Assembly (NCBI GenBank): GCA_965116795.1
Contig: OZ220716.1
Coordinates: 330,503 to 394,502, forward strand
Direction: 5' to 3'
Length of the DNA: 64,000 bases
From: Gammaproteobacteria bacterium
Lineage (GTDB): Bacteria > Pseudomonadota > Gammaproteobacteria > JAJFKG01
The notes under the pieces were generated by a model. That model was not told the DNA's origin, searched no databases, and saw only the letters and a list, made by a program, of their open reading frames with translations. Below, in pieces: positions 17,751 to 27,362 of the stretch (positions within the stretch are counted from its first letter, which is position 1; the number at the start of each line of letters is the position of its first letter). A program made the translations under genes and the position numbers.

Positions 17751-20700
17751 ATGGAAACACAAAACGTCAGTCAATCATCTTCTTCCGATCAGCAACTATC
17801 TGCAGAGAAAGAGCAACAACAAGCAGCAAAGGAGGGGAGCATGCACGCTAATGTTAAGCAAGCCTCATCATCCGCAACGTTGCCAACTTCCGAATCTAGA
17901 GACGATGTGCAGCAGCTAAGCACTGACACAGGTAGCGAGTCATTGGATGATGCATCGATGGCAGTGACAACAGTATGTGGTGAGAATTTTGATCTTAATG
18001 ATGAAGATGTCGAGTTCTTTTCGGTAGGTATTGATGCTAACAAGGAGACTGATGGTTTTCGTATGAAAACGCAAAACTATGGGTGGGGATGCGTAATGCG
18101 CGAACACGATAGCTTTTTGCTTTTAGAAAACCGCCATTCGAGCTCACAGTTGTCCGAGCAAGCGCGCAATGAACGCCTTCATCCTAGCAGTGGCCATTTT
18201 GTCAGAAACATCGTCTGGCTAGCAATTGCGGCGTTACAAGATTACAGAGAAAGTCGAGAAAATGGCATAGAGCAAGATTCGCCACTTGCCTCTTTTCCTG
18301 ATGGAGGACTTAGCCAATTGCAGCTAATTTCTTCCTCAGGAGGGGCCGTTAGTAAACTCCGTAGTGACCTTGAGTTACCATTTGCTCCTTTCTCAGATGG
18401 AGTAAAAGGAGCCGTTAGGAATCTCTCCGGTGTTAGGGTTAATGATTACAAAAAATGGCCAGACAAGCATGGTCACTATCAGTTAGCAATAAAATTAAGG
18501 GGCAAAGGTGAGCGCGGTCTAAGCAATTGGAAGGGCATCTTAACCAATAAAGATTTCTGGTGGGCAAAAGATGAAGAGCGTGGTTGGCCTGATAAGCAGC
18601 ACCGGTATTGGTTTTTCATTTATCATAAGTCTAGCAACGCTAAAATTGGAAAATTCTTCCATTATTTATACTGTGAAAAAAGAAAAGTAAATCAGAATCC
18701 ACGTGATTGGCATTTTGTCGAGTATGTTGAAGATGATGAGATTGCAAAATGGATGAAGGAAAAAGATGAGCGAGTTCGCAAACGCAACCAGGTTGAACAA
18801 CGCGCAACTGCATCTGTTAGTGAAGAACATCAGCAGTCACCCGAACCTATTTCGCCATCCAGCGATACACCACCATCAGCTGCTGACATAGAAGATATAT
18901 TTCACCGTCGAGTACAAATGCTAAAGGAACAAGCCGCTTCAAAAAAGCCTAAAATTAAATTTCGCAACCGTGCACAAACGAAAGAGATTCTCACCAAGAA
19001 AGCTGAAATTAAATTTCGCAACCGTGCACAAACGAAAGAGACTCTCACCAAGAAAGCTGATGCAAATGCAGACGTTAATCTACCCTCGATGCCAGAGGAT
19101 ATTAAACTGACTTCTTCATCTGAACACAGTGATATACTGCTATCACCAGAAAAGTTAAGGCAGCGCATAGTAAAATTAGAAGCAGAAATAAATGAACCGC
19201 CTCCTCATTCTTGTAGCTCTGCTGATGTTGAAGCCAGAGAAGAAAGAATCACTCGTTTAAAAAAAGAAAAGCAAAGATTGGAGTCTCAGCTGGCAGCAAT
19301 GTCATCACCAGCTCAAGAGGAAAAGCAAAGTAAGAAAGAGCAAGAAAAAGAAGAAGACAGTCAAGCTAGTAGTACACCAAGAATAGACAAGCAATCTTAT
19401 CTGGCGCAACAAGAAGATATCATAAAGATTCGACAGGCAGCAGCAGAAAATCAAAATCATGAAGATGCTCGAGAAATAACATTAGAAGAACTAGAAGAAC
19501 GTGAGATTCAACAGCAAACAGTTCTAGATGAATTGAATAAAAATGAAGAATTGAAGCAACGGTGTGAAAATCTAGAACAAAAAGAAACTGAACTTACCAA
19601 ATTACAAGCTAACCAGTCTTTCCAAGACCAAGACGAAATTCAGGCATTGCGAGCAGAAGTACAAGACTTGAAAGCTAGATTTTCGCCAATCGAAATGCAA
19701 TATCTGCTCAAACAAGAGCAAGAAAAGCTATTACAGCACATTACTCGCAATGCCATTCTTTGCTCTTTCTATGATGCTGTTTTTAGGCATCTTAATCGCT
19801 TGTTCTTAGCGCTAGAAGTGGCTAGCACACAGTTTTTTGTTTTACGTGATGATGTAACGCAACATTTATTGACTGGCGGTGGGGTAATCGCAAAACAAAT
19901 CGTTGATTTAATTACGAGCGCGTTAGAATTAGCAGAAAGTGCCTTCTTAGCTGGTGTTGCGATTAAGGCATGTAATAAAGTGTCATGTTATTTCAACACA
20001 AAATATCGAGATTTCAAGATTTGTCAGGGAGCGGCCGTATTAGATGCGAGTCTAGTTACAAATGAACTCTTGGCACGAGAAGTAGCAATGCTGCTTACCT
20101 ACGAATATCAGTATACGATGACCAAACCAAATTGGTTACAAAATAGTAAGGCGAGAACAACTCGTCAGGGCGCGTATGCGCTGGGAGTATATGCAGCTGG
20201 CAAAATTATCAAAGGGATGCTTGATGGCAAGATCCCTCAAGAGTTAGAGGATGAGTATTTTGTTAGCGCCATGTTACAGTTAGTATTTGAAGAGAAATTA
20301 GCAGAACACACAGTTATGCTTGAAGTTGGTTTTGTTAAAGAACGAGCCAAAATCCCTGTGAAAAAACAACAAATTGCAGGCTCTTCAAAAAAAGATACGC
20401 TTTGTGCAGAGTCACTGTTGCGCAAGAAAACCGCATTGGTGGTGCTAGACAAGTCAGCTGAAGGCAATGCTCAACTCAGCTGCTATGTTCAACAAGAAAC
20501 AGATATTGATAGTGAAGGTCAGTCAATAGGAACCCCTAAAACACTCAGTAAACCAAAAGAATATGGTTTTCGTTGGCCAACATTACGTGATTTAGAAGCG
20601 ATTAAGAAACCCGTTGAAAGAGAAGTGACTAGAGGGATTCTGACGCGCAAGAAAAGAAATGAGTGGATACCAGACCCTACGTTACGCCAATTGCCTTTAA

Positions 20701-21473
20701 AGGGATCATTGAGCAAAGAAGAAGAGATAATGGTTCACAGGTTAGCTGAGTTACCGCCTATTCCGTTAATAGGTAACAGTGTTGCTAATCAGCAACGCAA
20801 GAAAGCAGAAAAAGATGCGAAAAAATCTGCTAAAAAAGACGGAAAGAAAAAGATGGCTGAAAAACAAGGTAAGAAAAGTAAAGCATCTTCCCCGAAAAAC
20901 AGCGATACGAATGAGCAAAGAAAATCTGTTGTTTCAGACAAGAACGACAGTGATGATAGGAGAGAGGATAATAGCAACTTGAGAAAAGAGCGGCAAGGTG
21001 AATGTGACAAGCCACAACCACGTTGTTGTAGTCATACAGAGCCGCCGCAAGAGTCCAAAGAAAAGAACGCTAATGAAGTGGGTTTAGAGGCATTAGCGCA
21101 GAAATTTGAAGACAAGCTTGCTGCACTTGAGGCTGCTTTTGACAAGAAGGTAGAGGAAAAAGATAAACAGTTAGTACAAAAAGATTCAGAAATCGCTGCA
21201 ATGAAAGAGCAACAGAAGATAGCAGCAGAAGAAATGAAGACAATGATAGATGCGCAAGATAAAAGAGTTCAGGCGCTTGAGGCGCAAGTGGCTTATTTAA
21301 CAGAAAAAATAGATAAGATAGACAAAGCCGAAAGTAATGCTGCTGACAGTAATGCGCAACGCATGGGTCGCTTTGGTCAGTTTGCAACAACCAGTGCTAA
21401 TCAACAACACAGCAATAAAGAAGCTGATGGCGATCAGCGTGAGCAAATATCCTCTTCATCTACGCCAATATAG
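17751..21473 (+). CDS. Large (1240 aa) coiled-coil/charged cargo protein; effector candidate
   Basis: GGGAG RBS before ATG 17751; E/K/Q-rich coiled-coil blocks; Lys-rich segment; A-rich composition unlike the flanking phage genes. Confidence 0.8.
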   Translation: METQNVSQSSSSDQQLSAEKEQQQAAKEGSMHANVKQASSSATLPTSESRDDVQQLSTDTGSESLDDASMAVTTVCGENFDLNDEDVEFFSVGIDANKETDGFRMKTQNYGWGCVMREHDSFLLLENRHSSSQLSEQARNERLHPSSGHFVRNIVWLAIAALQDYRESRENGIEQDSPLASFPDGGLSQLQLISSSGGAVSKLRSDLELPFAPFSDGVKGAVRNLSGVRVNDYKKWPDKHGHYQLAIKLRGKGERGLSNWKGILTNKDFWWAKDEERGWPDKQHRYWFFIYHKSSNAKIGKFFHYLYCEKRKVNQNPRDWHFVEYVEDDEIAKWMKEKDERVRKRNQVEQRATASVSEEHQQSPEPISPSSDTPPSAADIEDIFHRRVQMLKEQAASKKPKIKFRNRAQTKEILTKKAEIKFRNRAQTKETLTKKADANADVNLPSMPEDIKLTSSSEHSDILLSPEKLRQRIVKLEAEINEPPPHSCSSADVEAREERITRLKKEKQRLESQLAAMSSPAQEEKQSKKEQEKEEDSQASSTPRIDKQSYLAQQEDIIKIRQAAAENQNHEDAREITLEELEEREIQQQTVLDELNKNEELKQRCENLEQKETELTKLQANQSFQDQDEIQALRAEVQDLKARFSPIEMQYLLKQEQEKLLQHITRNAILCSFYDAVFRHLNRLFLALEVASTQFFVLRDDVTQHLLTGGGVIAKQIVDLITSALELAESAFLAGVAIKACNKVSCYFNTKYRDFKICQGAAVLDASLVTNELLAREVAMLLTYEYQYTMTKPNWLQNSKARTTRQGAYALGVYAAGKIIKGMLDGKIPQELEDEYFVSAMLQLVFEEKLAEHTVMLEVGFVKERAKIPVKKQQIAGSSKKDTLCAESLLRKKTALVVLDKSAEGNAQLSCYVQQETDIDSEGQSIGTPKTLSKPKEYGFRWPTLRDLEAIKKPVEREVTRGILTRKKRNEWIPDPTLRQLPLKGSLSKEEEIMVHRLAELPPIPLIGNSVANQQRKKAEKDAKKSAKKDGKKKMAEKQGKKSKASSPKNSDTNEQRKSVVSDKNDSDDRREDNSNLRKERQGECDKPQPRCCSHTEPPQESKEKNANEVGLEALAQKFEDKLAALEAAFDKKVEEKDKQLVQKDSEIAAMKEQQKIAAEEMKTMIDAQDKRVQALEAQVAYLTEKIDKIDKAESNAADSNAQRMGRFGQFATTSANQQHSNKEADGDQREQISSSSTPI
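18952..19059 (+). repeat. 54-bp in-frame tandem duplication (2 copies)
   Basis: aaattaaatttcgcaaccgtgcacaaacgaaagaga(t/c)tctcaccaagaaagctg occurs twice, giving IKFRNRAQTKE(I/T)LTKKA twice. Confidence 0.95.
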
Positions 21474-21556
21474 CCACCATGACGTAACTTAATTGTCAAT
21501 AACAGCTGATACCAAAATCTCACAAATCATTTATCTAAATCTATAGGAGAAATTCC

Positions 21557-22651
21557 ATGTCACGCGCATATGGTTGGAACGCCAGGCTATTGCTTGGCTT
21601 TGAAACAGACTACGGGCAACCCCCTGATGCAGAAACGTACTTCCAAGTTCCGTTTATCTCATCGACCTTAGATTCTGAGCAAGGCTTAATTGAATCAAAC
21701 GTGTTAGGCCTTGGTCGTGACCCCACCGCCCCATTTCAAGACATCATTAATGTGGACGGCGATGTGGTAATACCGGCAGACCTGCGCAACATCGGGTTGT
21801 GGTTAACGGCTTTACTCGGGTTGCCTGAATCAACGCAACGTAAGAAGGTGTTTCACCATGTATTTACCTCAGGCAAAGCGGTGTTACCGAGTCTTAGTTT
21901 AGAGATTGGGTTGCCGGATGTGCCAGACTATCCACTGTTCACCGGCGCTAGAGTAAACTCGTTAGCGTTTAACTTTCAGCGCACCGGTGAAGCACAAGTT
22001 ACTGCTAACATCTTAGGTCAAGGTGAAACGGTTCAGCATGACACGCTCGCAACCACCCCAACTGAATTGTTCTATACCCGTTTCTCTCAATTCCAAGGCT
22101 CGATTAAACATGCTGGGATGTTCTTAGCCGATGTTACTTCAGCCTCTATTACTTACAGCAATAACTTTGAGAAAATAGAAACGATTCGAGATGATGGTAA
22201 AGTCGATGGCATTGACCCCGGGATTAGCGCGCTCTCAGGTAACATCACTGTGCGCTATAGCAATGCTACCTTAATGGATTTAGCCAGAGAAGGTAATCCG
22301 ATTGACTTAGAGCTTGCTTATACCATCGATGATACACGCACGTTATTACTGACAGCACATGAAGTGTATTTACCCAAAGCAAAACGTAGCATTAATGGTG
22401 CCGGTGGGATTGAAGCCTCTTATGATTTTCAGGGGGCTAAGTCATCCACCGTTGGCAACATGTTCATGGCAACCTTAGTCAATGATATCTCTGCTTACCC
22501 AGTAGAATCCACAACTCAACAACCAGCACCCTCACAGAAACCACCACAAGCGACTGAACAAACCGAACAAGCACAGGAGGATAATGATGCTGAGACTGTC
22601 ACTCTCCACGAACCCGTATTGGCTCGACCTAAGTCTAGGCGTTCGCGTTAA
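21557..22651 (+). CDS. Major tail tube protein
   Basis: SEQGLIESNVLGLGRDP, LSLEIGLPDVP and GGIEASYDFQGA motifs; no sheath gene nearby. Confidence 0.85.
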   Translation: MSRAYGWNARLLLGFETDYGQPPDAETYFQVPFISSTLDSEQGLIESNVLGLGRDPTAPFQDIINVDGDVVIPADLRNIGLWLTALLGLPESTQRKKVFHHVFTSGKAVLPSLSLEIGLPDVPDYPLFTGARVNSLAFNFQRTGEAQVTANILGQGETVQHDTLATTPTELFYTRFSQFQGSIKHAGMFLADVTSASITYSNNFEKIETIRDDGKVDGIDPGISALSGNITVRYSNATLMDLAREGNPIDLELAYTIDDTRTLLLTAHEVYLPKAKRSINGAGGIEASYDFQGAKSSTVGNMFMATLVNDISAYPVESTTQQPAPSQKPPQATEQTEQAQEDNDAETVTLHEPVLARPKSRRSR

Positions 22652-23168
22652 GGTACGCCCGTGCACTAGCGCTATCTTTTATCAAGCAAGAGCGTTTATG
22701 CAACAACGCTTGCAAGTGATTGGTGAAGAATACCGTGTTAATAAAGAGCGCGGTGTGGATATGAGTCACTTGCCTAACTTAGAAGATGACACCACCCGTG
22801 AAGCGTTAGCTGAACAATGCCTAACAATTGGATTAGCCATTGCCGGTATCCTAGAGTGGGAAGGTATTTTAAACAACACTCCCCATGATGATAACGATAA
22901 TCAAGATGATGAGATAGCCCCGGTTACCCAGGATAACATTACGCAGCTATTCAATGCGTACTGGGTGATTGCCGAAACGTTTAGACAGCAATACACTGGG
23001 ATGCGCGAGTTATTAGAATCTGAAAAAAACGTCTCACGGCCCGCTTGCACTGGCACTGCAACGGCGGGTCGGAGTACTGTAGCAACTGTGCCAAACAACA
23101 CTTGCCGTGCTCGCAAGGGCAAACCGGTGAAAACGGGAAAAAGTGCCCGTACCTCGACAACCAACTAA
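22587..23168 (+). CDS. Tail assembly chaperone gpG
   Basis: AGGAGG RBS at 22575-22580; lies between tube and tape measure; contains the slippery site. Confidence 0.75.
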   Translation: MLRLSLSTNPYWLDLSLGVRVKVRPCTSAIFYQARAFMQQRLQVIGEEYRVNKERGVDMSHLPNLEDDTTREALAEQCLTIGLAIAGILEWEGILNNTPHDDNDNQDDEIAPVTQDNITQLFNAYWVIAETFRQQYTGMRELLESEKNVSRPACTGTATAGRSTVATVPNNTCRARKGKPVKTGKSARTSTTN

Positions 23169-23374
23169 AAACCCTTGAGGGTTGGCAAGCCTGGGATGTG
23201 GCTACCAAGCTGCTCACCCAATGCCAAACCCATTTCCCGATAGATGTCGCACTGCAGTTAAGCAACACACTTGGATATAACCAAGCTGCTATGGCAGAGT
23301 TATTACCGGCTGCGGCGATGGGGATTGCGTTAGCACTAAACGATAGCAAAGAAACACAACATGATGAACACTAA
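23024..23374 (+). CDS. gpT part of the G-T fusion made by -1 programmed frameshift
   Basis: A AAA AAC heptamer at 23024-23030 in the gpG frame; the -1 frame is open (KKRLTARLHWHCNGG...EGWQAWD) to 23374, overlapping the TMP start. Confidence 0.75.
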   Translation, partial: KKRLTARLHWHCNGGSEYCSNCAKQHLPCSQGQTGENGKKCPYLDNQLKTLEGWQAWDVATKLLTQCQTHFPIDVALQLSNTLGYNQAAMAELLPAAAMGIALALNDSKETQHDEH

Positions 23375-26252
23375 CACCAAAACACTCTCAATACGCTTAG
23401 CGGCGACTGGCGGTGAACAACTGCGCCGTGACTTTCACCGGGTTGGTACTGAGGGTAAACGGGCGTTTGATAAGATCCATGAAGCGACTCAACCAGCTAC
23501 TTTAGGGGTTAAAGCCGTTGATGTGGCAGCACGCTCGTTAAACCGGGTATTCAAACAAGCCGCCACACTTATCGGTGCGTATGCTGGCATTCGGGGTATC
23601 ACGCGCTCATTTGGGTTTCTGATTAGCACTAACCGTGAGTTTGAGAAGTTACATGCAAGCTTAAAAACAGTGACTGGCTCGCTTAAAGGCGCCGATGATG
23701 CCTTTGCGATGATTGAAGACTTTGCATCACACACCCCGTTTAGTGTGGAGCAGTTAACTGAAAGCTTCATCAAGTTAAAAGCCTTAGGGTTAGACCCGTC
23801 AGCTGATGCACTGCGTTCGTACGGCAACACTGCCTCTGCGATGGGCAAAGACTTGTTGCAATTTGTGGATGCGGTGGCCAATGCCACCACCGGGCGCTTC
23901 ATGAACTTGAAGACCTTCGGGATTAATGCGCAGGTGCAAGGTGATAAAGTCGCCTTTACCTTTAACAAAGTCACCACCGTTGTTAACAAGAATGTCACTG
24001 AGATTGAACGCTACTTACGCAGAATCGGTAACACCCAATTTGCGGGGGCGATGAAAGAGCAGATGGATATCTTGGACGGTATCTTTAGTAACATTAACGA
24101 TAACCTGTCTCATATTGCTCGAGAAGTGGGTAGCGGCGGATTTACTAAAGCGTTGCATGATGTGGCGGTGAGTTTCAGAGATGCGACCGGTGATGCTGAT
24201 GAAGCTGCACATGCAGTCGGTGAAACATTAGGTAATGTGATTCGGGTGACGGCCAATGCGCTGGGGTTTTTGTGTCAGCATGCCAAGCTCGCAGCAGATG
24301 GATTAACCGCTTTATTAATTGCACGCACAGTAGCTAAAGCGGTTAGTTTGATGAGCGTGGCGATGACCGGTAACGCTGGTGCTATTGTTGGGTTACGCTT
24401 AATGGCGGGTATCTCCACTACCGCTGCCATTAAGATGGTTGCGCTAGAAGGGGCAACCAAGTTAGCCACGGTGGCGATGATGGGATTGCGTGGTGTGTTA
24501 ACCCTGCTAGGGGGTCCAACAGGCCTCATTGGGTTAGCCGGTTTCATGTTATATAAATTAGTCAGTGGCCATGCCTCTGCAAGCAAAGCCGCCACAGACC
24601 ACGCCGACACGTTAACAACATTGCGTGAGAAGTTAGTTAACACCACCCAAGACATTAATAACCTCAATGCTGCCTCTCGTGATGAAGCCATTGCCCGCTT
24701 AACCGAACAGTTAGCTGTGCTCAACAGCGATGTCACTAAGGTGACCCAGCAACTGACTTACCAAGGCCGTGGGTATGACAGTATTTGGAACCAGTTCCAT
24801 CAGTTCAGCAGTCAGTCTCAAGTAGAGTTAAGCAAACTGCGCGCAGCGTTTAAGTTAGGCACGCTCTCGGTTGACCAGTACCACGATGCCATTTGGAAGC
24901 TGGCTGCTGCTCAACCTTCCTTTACCAAACAAGCCAAAGCCATTGACCAACAATTGGAAGCGCTCAAGAAAGCGCAAACAGAGGTGGGCAAAACACAACA
25001 CGCATTAGCTGCGTTGCGCGACACAACAACTCACAAAGTAGCTCATGATGATGCCAATGAGTCCATTGTTCCTGCGTTAAGCAGTACACAAAAAGGCAAG
25101 ATTGAAGAGATGATTGCAGAGCTTACTGCTGAACAAGCGGCATTAGAGCGGTTAGTAGCAGCACGTAAACAAGGCAATGAGGCGATACAGCGTGCCATAA
25201 CGCTTAATGAGCAAGAACAGGTGCTACATCGTGTAGGTATAGACTTACATCAGCAACAAAGCAAAGAAACATTAGGCTACGCCAAGCGCATTCGTGACTT
25301 AGTGAGACAGAAAGTTGCGTTACAAGCCGCTGACAAGAATGCGATTGAGGCAGCTAAACGTCATGAAGAAGCCATTGAGTCAATTACCCAAGCCTATAAC
25401 GGGCTTAAGTCTGAAAGTGAACAAGCGATACTGCGCGCCGATGCGTGGCGTGACAGCGCGCTGACTGGTCTTGATAAGACCCGTCAAGGCTATGAGGTAT
25501 TTGCTAAGCAGATTGAAGCGGTCTACAAACATATGCTTCTCGAGGCACGTGAGCAGGATTTACAGAACTCCAAGCGCTGGCAAGAGGGATTAACCCGTGG
25601 GTTGCATTCGGTTGTCAGTGACGCCAATGACATGGCCTCTCACGTTGAACACGCCGTCACGGATGCCTTTGCTAACATGGAAGAGGCGTTAGTTGAGTTT
25701 GTCACTCAAGGAAAGCTCGATTTCAAGTCACTGGCTGATTCTATCATTTCGGATATTCTTCGCATTCAAATCAAACAAACCATCACTGCACCGTTAGCGA
25801 GCGCGTTAGGGTCAATTAACGTCAGCGGTTTATTTGGCATGGCACACACCGGTGGCGTAATTGGTCAGGATAACTTGGCCAGTCGTGCGATTAATCCAGC
25901 TGTCTTTAGTCATGCGCCTACGTTTCACAGTGGTGGTGTCGTTGGTAATGACGTGCCGATTATTGCCAAACGCGGTGAGACTGTCTTTACCCCAGGGCAG
26001 ATGCGATTGCTGAATGCTGGCTTAACCAATCGCAACAGTAATGCTAACGTCACCGTACATGTGCATAACAACGTGCCTAATGTACACACCAAAACACAGT
26101 CTTCACGATTACCCAATGGCGATATCAAGTTAGATATCATGGTAGAGCAACTCGAACAGCAGTTAACGCGCCATGTCACTCGCGGTCAAGGGTTAGCCCC
26201 AGTACTAGAGCGCCGTTATGGATTAAACCCAGCAGCGGGCAGTTACCGATAG
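23361..26252 (+). CDS. Tape measure protein
   Basis: 963 aa Ala/Leu-rich; FASHTPFSVEQLTESF tape-measure motif; lambda-type C-terminus (EFVTQGKLDFKSLADSII). Confidence 0.93.
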   Translation: MMNTNTKTLSIRLAATGGEQLRRDFHRVGTEGKRAFDKIHEATQPATLGVKAVDVAARSLNRVFKQAATLIGAYAGIRGITRSFGFLISTNREFEKLHASLKTVTGSLKGADDAFAMIEDFASHTPFSVEQLTESFIKLKALGLDPSADALRSYGNTASAMGKDLLQFVDAVANATTGRFMNLKTFGINAQVQGDKVAFTFNKVTTVVNKNVTEIERYLRRIGNTQFAGAMKEQMDILDGIFSNINDNLSHIAREVGSGGFTKALHDVAVSFRDATGDADEAAHAVGETLGNVIRVTANALGFLCQHAKLAADGLTALLIARTVAKAVSLMSVAMTGNAGAIVGLRLMAGISTTAAIKMVALEGATKLATVAMMGLRGVLTLLGGPTGLIGLAGFMLYKLVSGHASASKAATDHADTLTTLREKLVNTTQDINNLNAASRDEAIARLTEQLAVLNSDVTKVTQQLTYQGRGYDSIWNQFHQFSSQSQVELSKLRAAFKLGTLSVDQYHDAIWKLAAAQPSFTKQAKAIDQQLEALKKAQTEVGKTQHALAALRDTTTHKVAHDDANESIVPALSSTQKGKIEEMIAELTAEQAALERLVAARKQGNEAIQRAITLNEQEQVLHRVGIDLHQQQSKETLGYAKRIRDLVRQKVALQAADKNAIEAAKRHEEAIESITQAYNGLKSESEQAILRADAWRDSALTGLDKTRQGYEVFAKQIEAVYKHMLLEAREQDLQNSKRWQEGLTRGLHSVVSDANDMASHVEHAVTDAFANMEEALVEFVTQGKLDFKSLADSIISDILRIQIKQTITAPLASALGSINVSGLFGMAHTGGVIGQDNLASRAINPAVFSHAPTFHSGGVVGNDVPIIAKRGETVFTPGQMRLLNAGLTNRNSNANVTVHVHNNVPNVHTKTQSSRLPNGDIKLDIMVEQLEQQLTRHVTRGQGLAPVLERRYGLNPAAGSYR

Positions 26253-26256
26253 TGTT

Positions 26257-26751
26257 ATGTCACACACTTTAAATGAAATAACCTGGCCAACAGCCTTACC
26301 GTTACCTACGGTTGACGGGTATGCAATTACCCCGGGCGATGCCATTGTGCGCACCGACATGGATGCGGGGGCGGCTAGGCAACGCCGGCGTTTTACTCAA
26401 GTCCCCAGCCGTGTTGCAGTGAGATGGCTAATGCGTCAAGACCAGTTTGCATTGTTTGAAGCGTGGTACCGTTGGCATGCTAAAGAGGGTGGCGCGTGGT
26501 TTAACGTCACCTTACTCGGCGGCATTGGTTTACAAGACCAACTTGCTAGGTTTACCCGGCAGTTCCACGCACAGTTGCTAACGGGCACATTGTGGGAGAT
26601 TCAATCCGAGTTAGAAATCAAAGAGCGACCGGTGTTAAGTGAAGGTGTGTTATCGCTGTTACTAACAGAAGACTCACGCGGGTTGATGCAGGCGATAGAC
26701 AGCTTGCATCGGTTAGTACATCGTGTACTACCAACTCAATTGTATTCATAA
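26257..26751 (+). CDS. Distal tail / minor tail protein (gpM-like)
   Basis: IVRTDMDAGAARQRRRFT...WF pattern; directly after the TMP. Confidence 0.75.
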   Translation: MSHTLNEITWPTALPLPTVDGYAITPGDAIVRTDMDAGAARQRRRFTQVPSRVAVRWLMRQDQFALFEAWYRWHAKEGGAWFNVTLLGGIGLQDQLARFTRQFHAQLLTGTLWEIQSELEIKERPVLSEGVLSLLLTEDSRGLMQAIDSLHRLVHRVLPTQLYS

Positions 26752-26801
26752 CCCCATCGCCACTACACATTGATGGCAACATTTTCTAAACAGGAAACTA
26801 C

Positions 26802-27335
26802 ATGACATTACAAGCTGACCTTGAGCAGGCTGTTGCGCGGGTTACCCAAGACAGTCACACATTACATGCCATTGTGCACGGAGATGAGCGCACCACTGTA
26901 TCTACTGAAGGCGGTGAAGTGAGCTCACCTGCCAAAGTGATTCACGACATTGAGCAGCGCATTGGGCAACAGTTAGTTGAGTTAAGCATCACTCTAACTC
27001 AACTGCATGACGCGGTAAGTGCAGCGCAGCAACATGAAGATAACGCCGCTGCGCATGCCAACACAGCAGCAATAGCCGCTAACAGTGTGAACTTACCCAA
27101 TGACTTAACCGGCCATGCTGACCAGCTGTTAGCAGTGAATCACGCAGAAGACGGCTATACGTTGACTCGCTCTAGCGCCACGGTCTATGGGTTTTGCAAA
27201 CTGGGGGCGAAGTTATTGGTGCTCGTCGGTGGCAATCAATACGTTTCTCCTAAGTTATTTGTTGGTTGGTGGATTGCACCCGCCGGATTGCACTTTAGTG
27301 TGGATGCACGTGGACACTTGTTGGTGCAGGTGTGA
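26802..27335 (+). CDS. Phage tail-associated hypothetical protein
   Basis: IVHGD...TEGGEVSSPAK tail-fibre-anchor-like N-terminus; in operon with the tail genes. Confidence 0.6.
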   Translation: MTLQADLEQAVARVTQDSHTLHAIVHGDERTTVSTEGGEVSSPAKVIHDIEQRIGQQLVELSITLTQLHDAVSAAQQHEDNAAAHANTAAIAANSVNLPNDLTGHADQLLAVNHAEDGYTLTRSSATVYGFCKLGAKLLVLVGGNQYVSPKLFVGWWIAPAGLHFSVDARGHLLVQV

Positions 27336-27362
27336 GGTTAAGTATTAACAGGAGATACAGAC

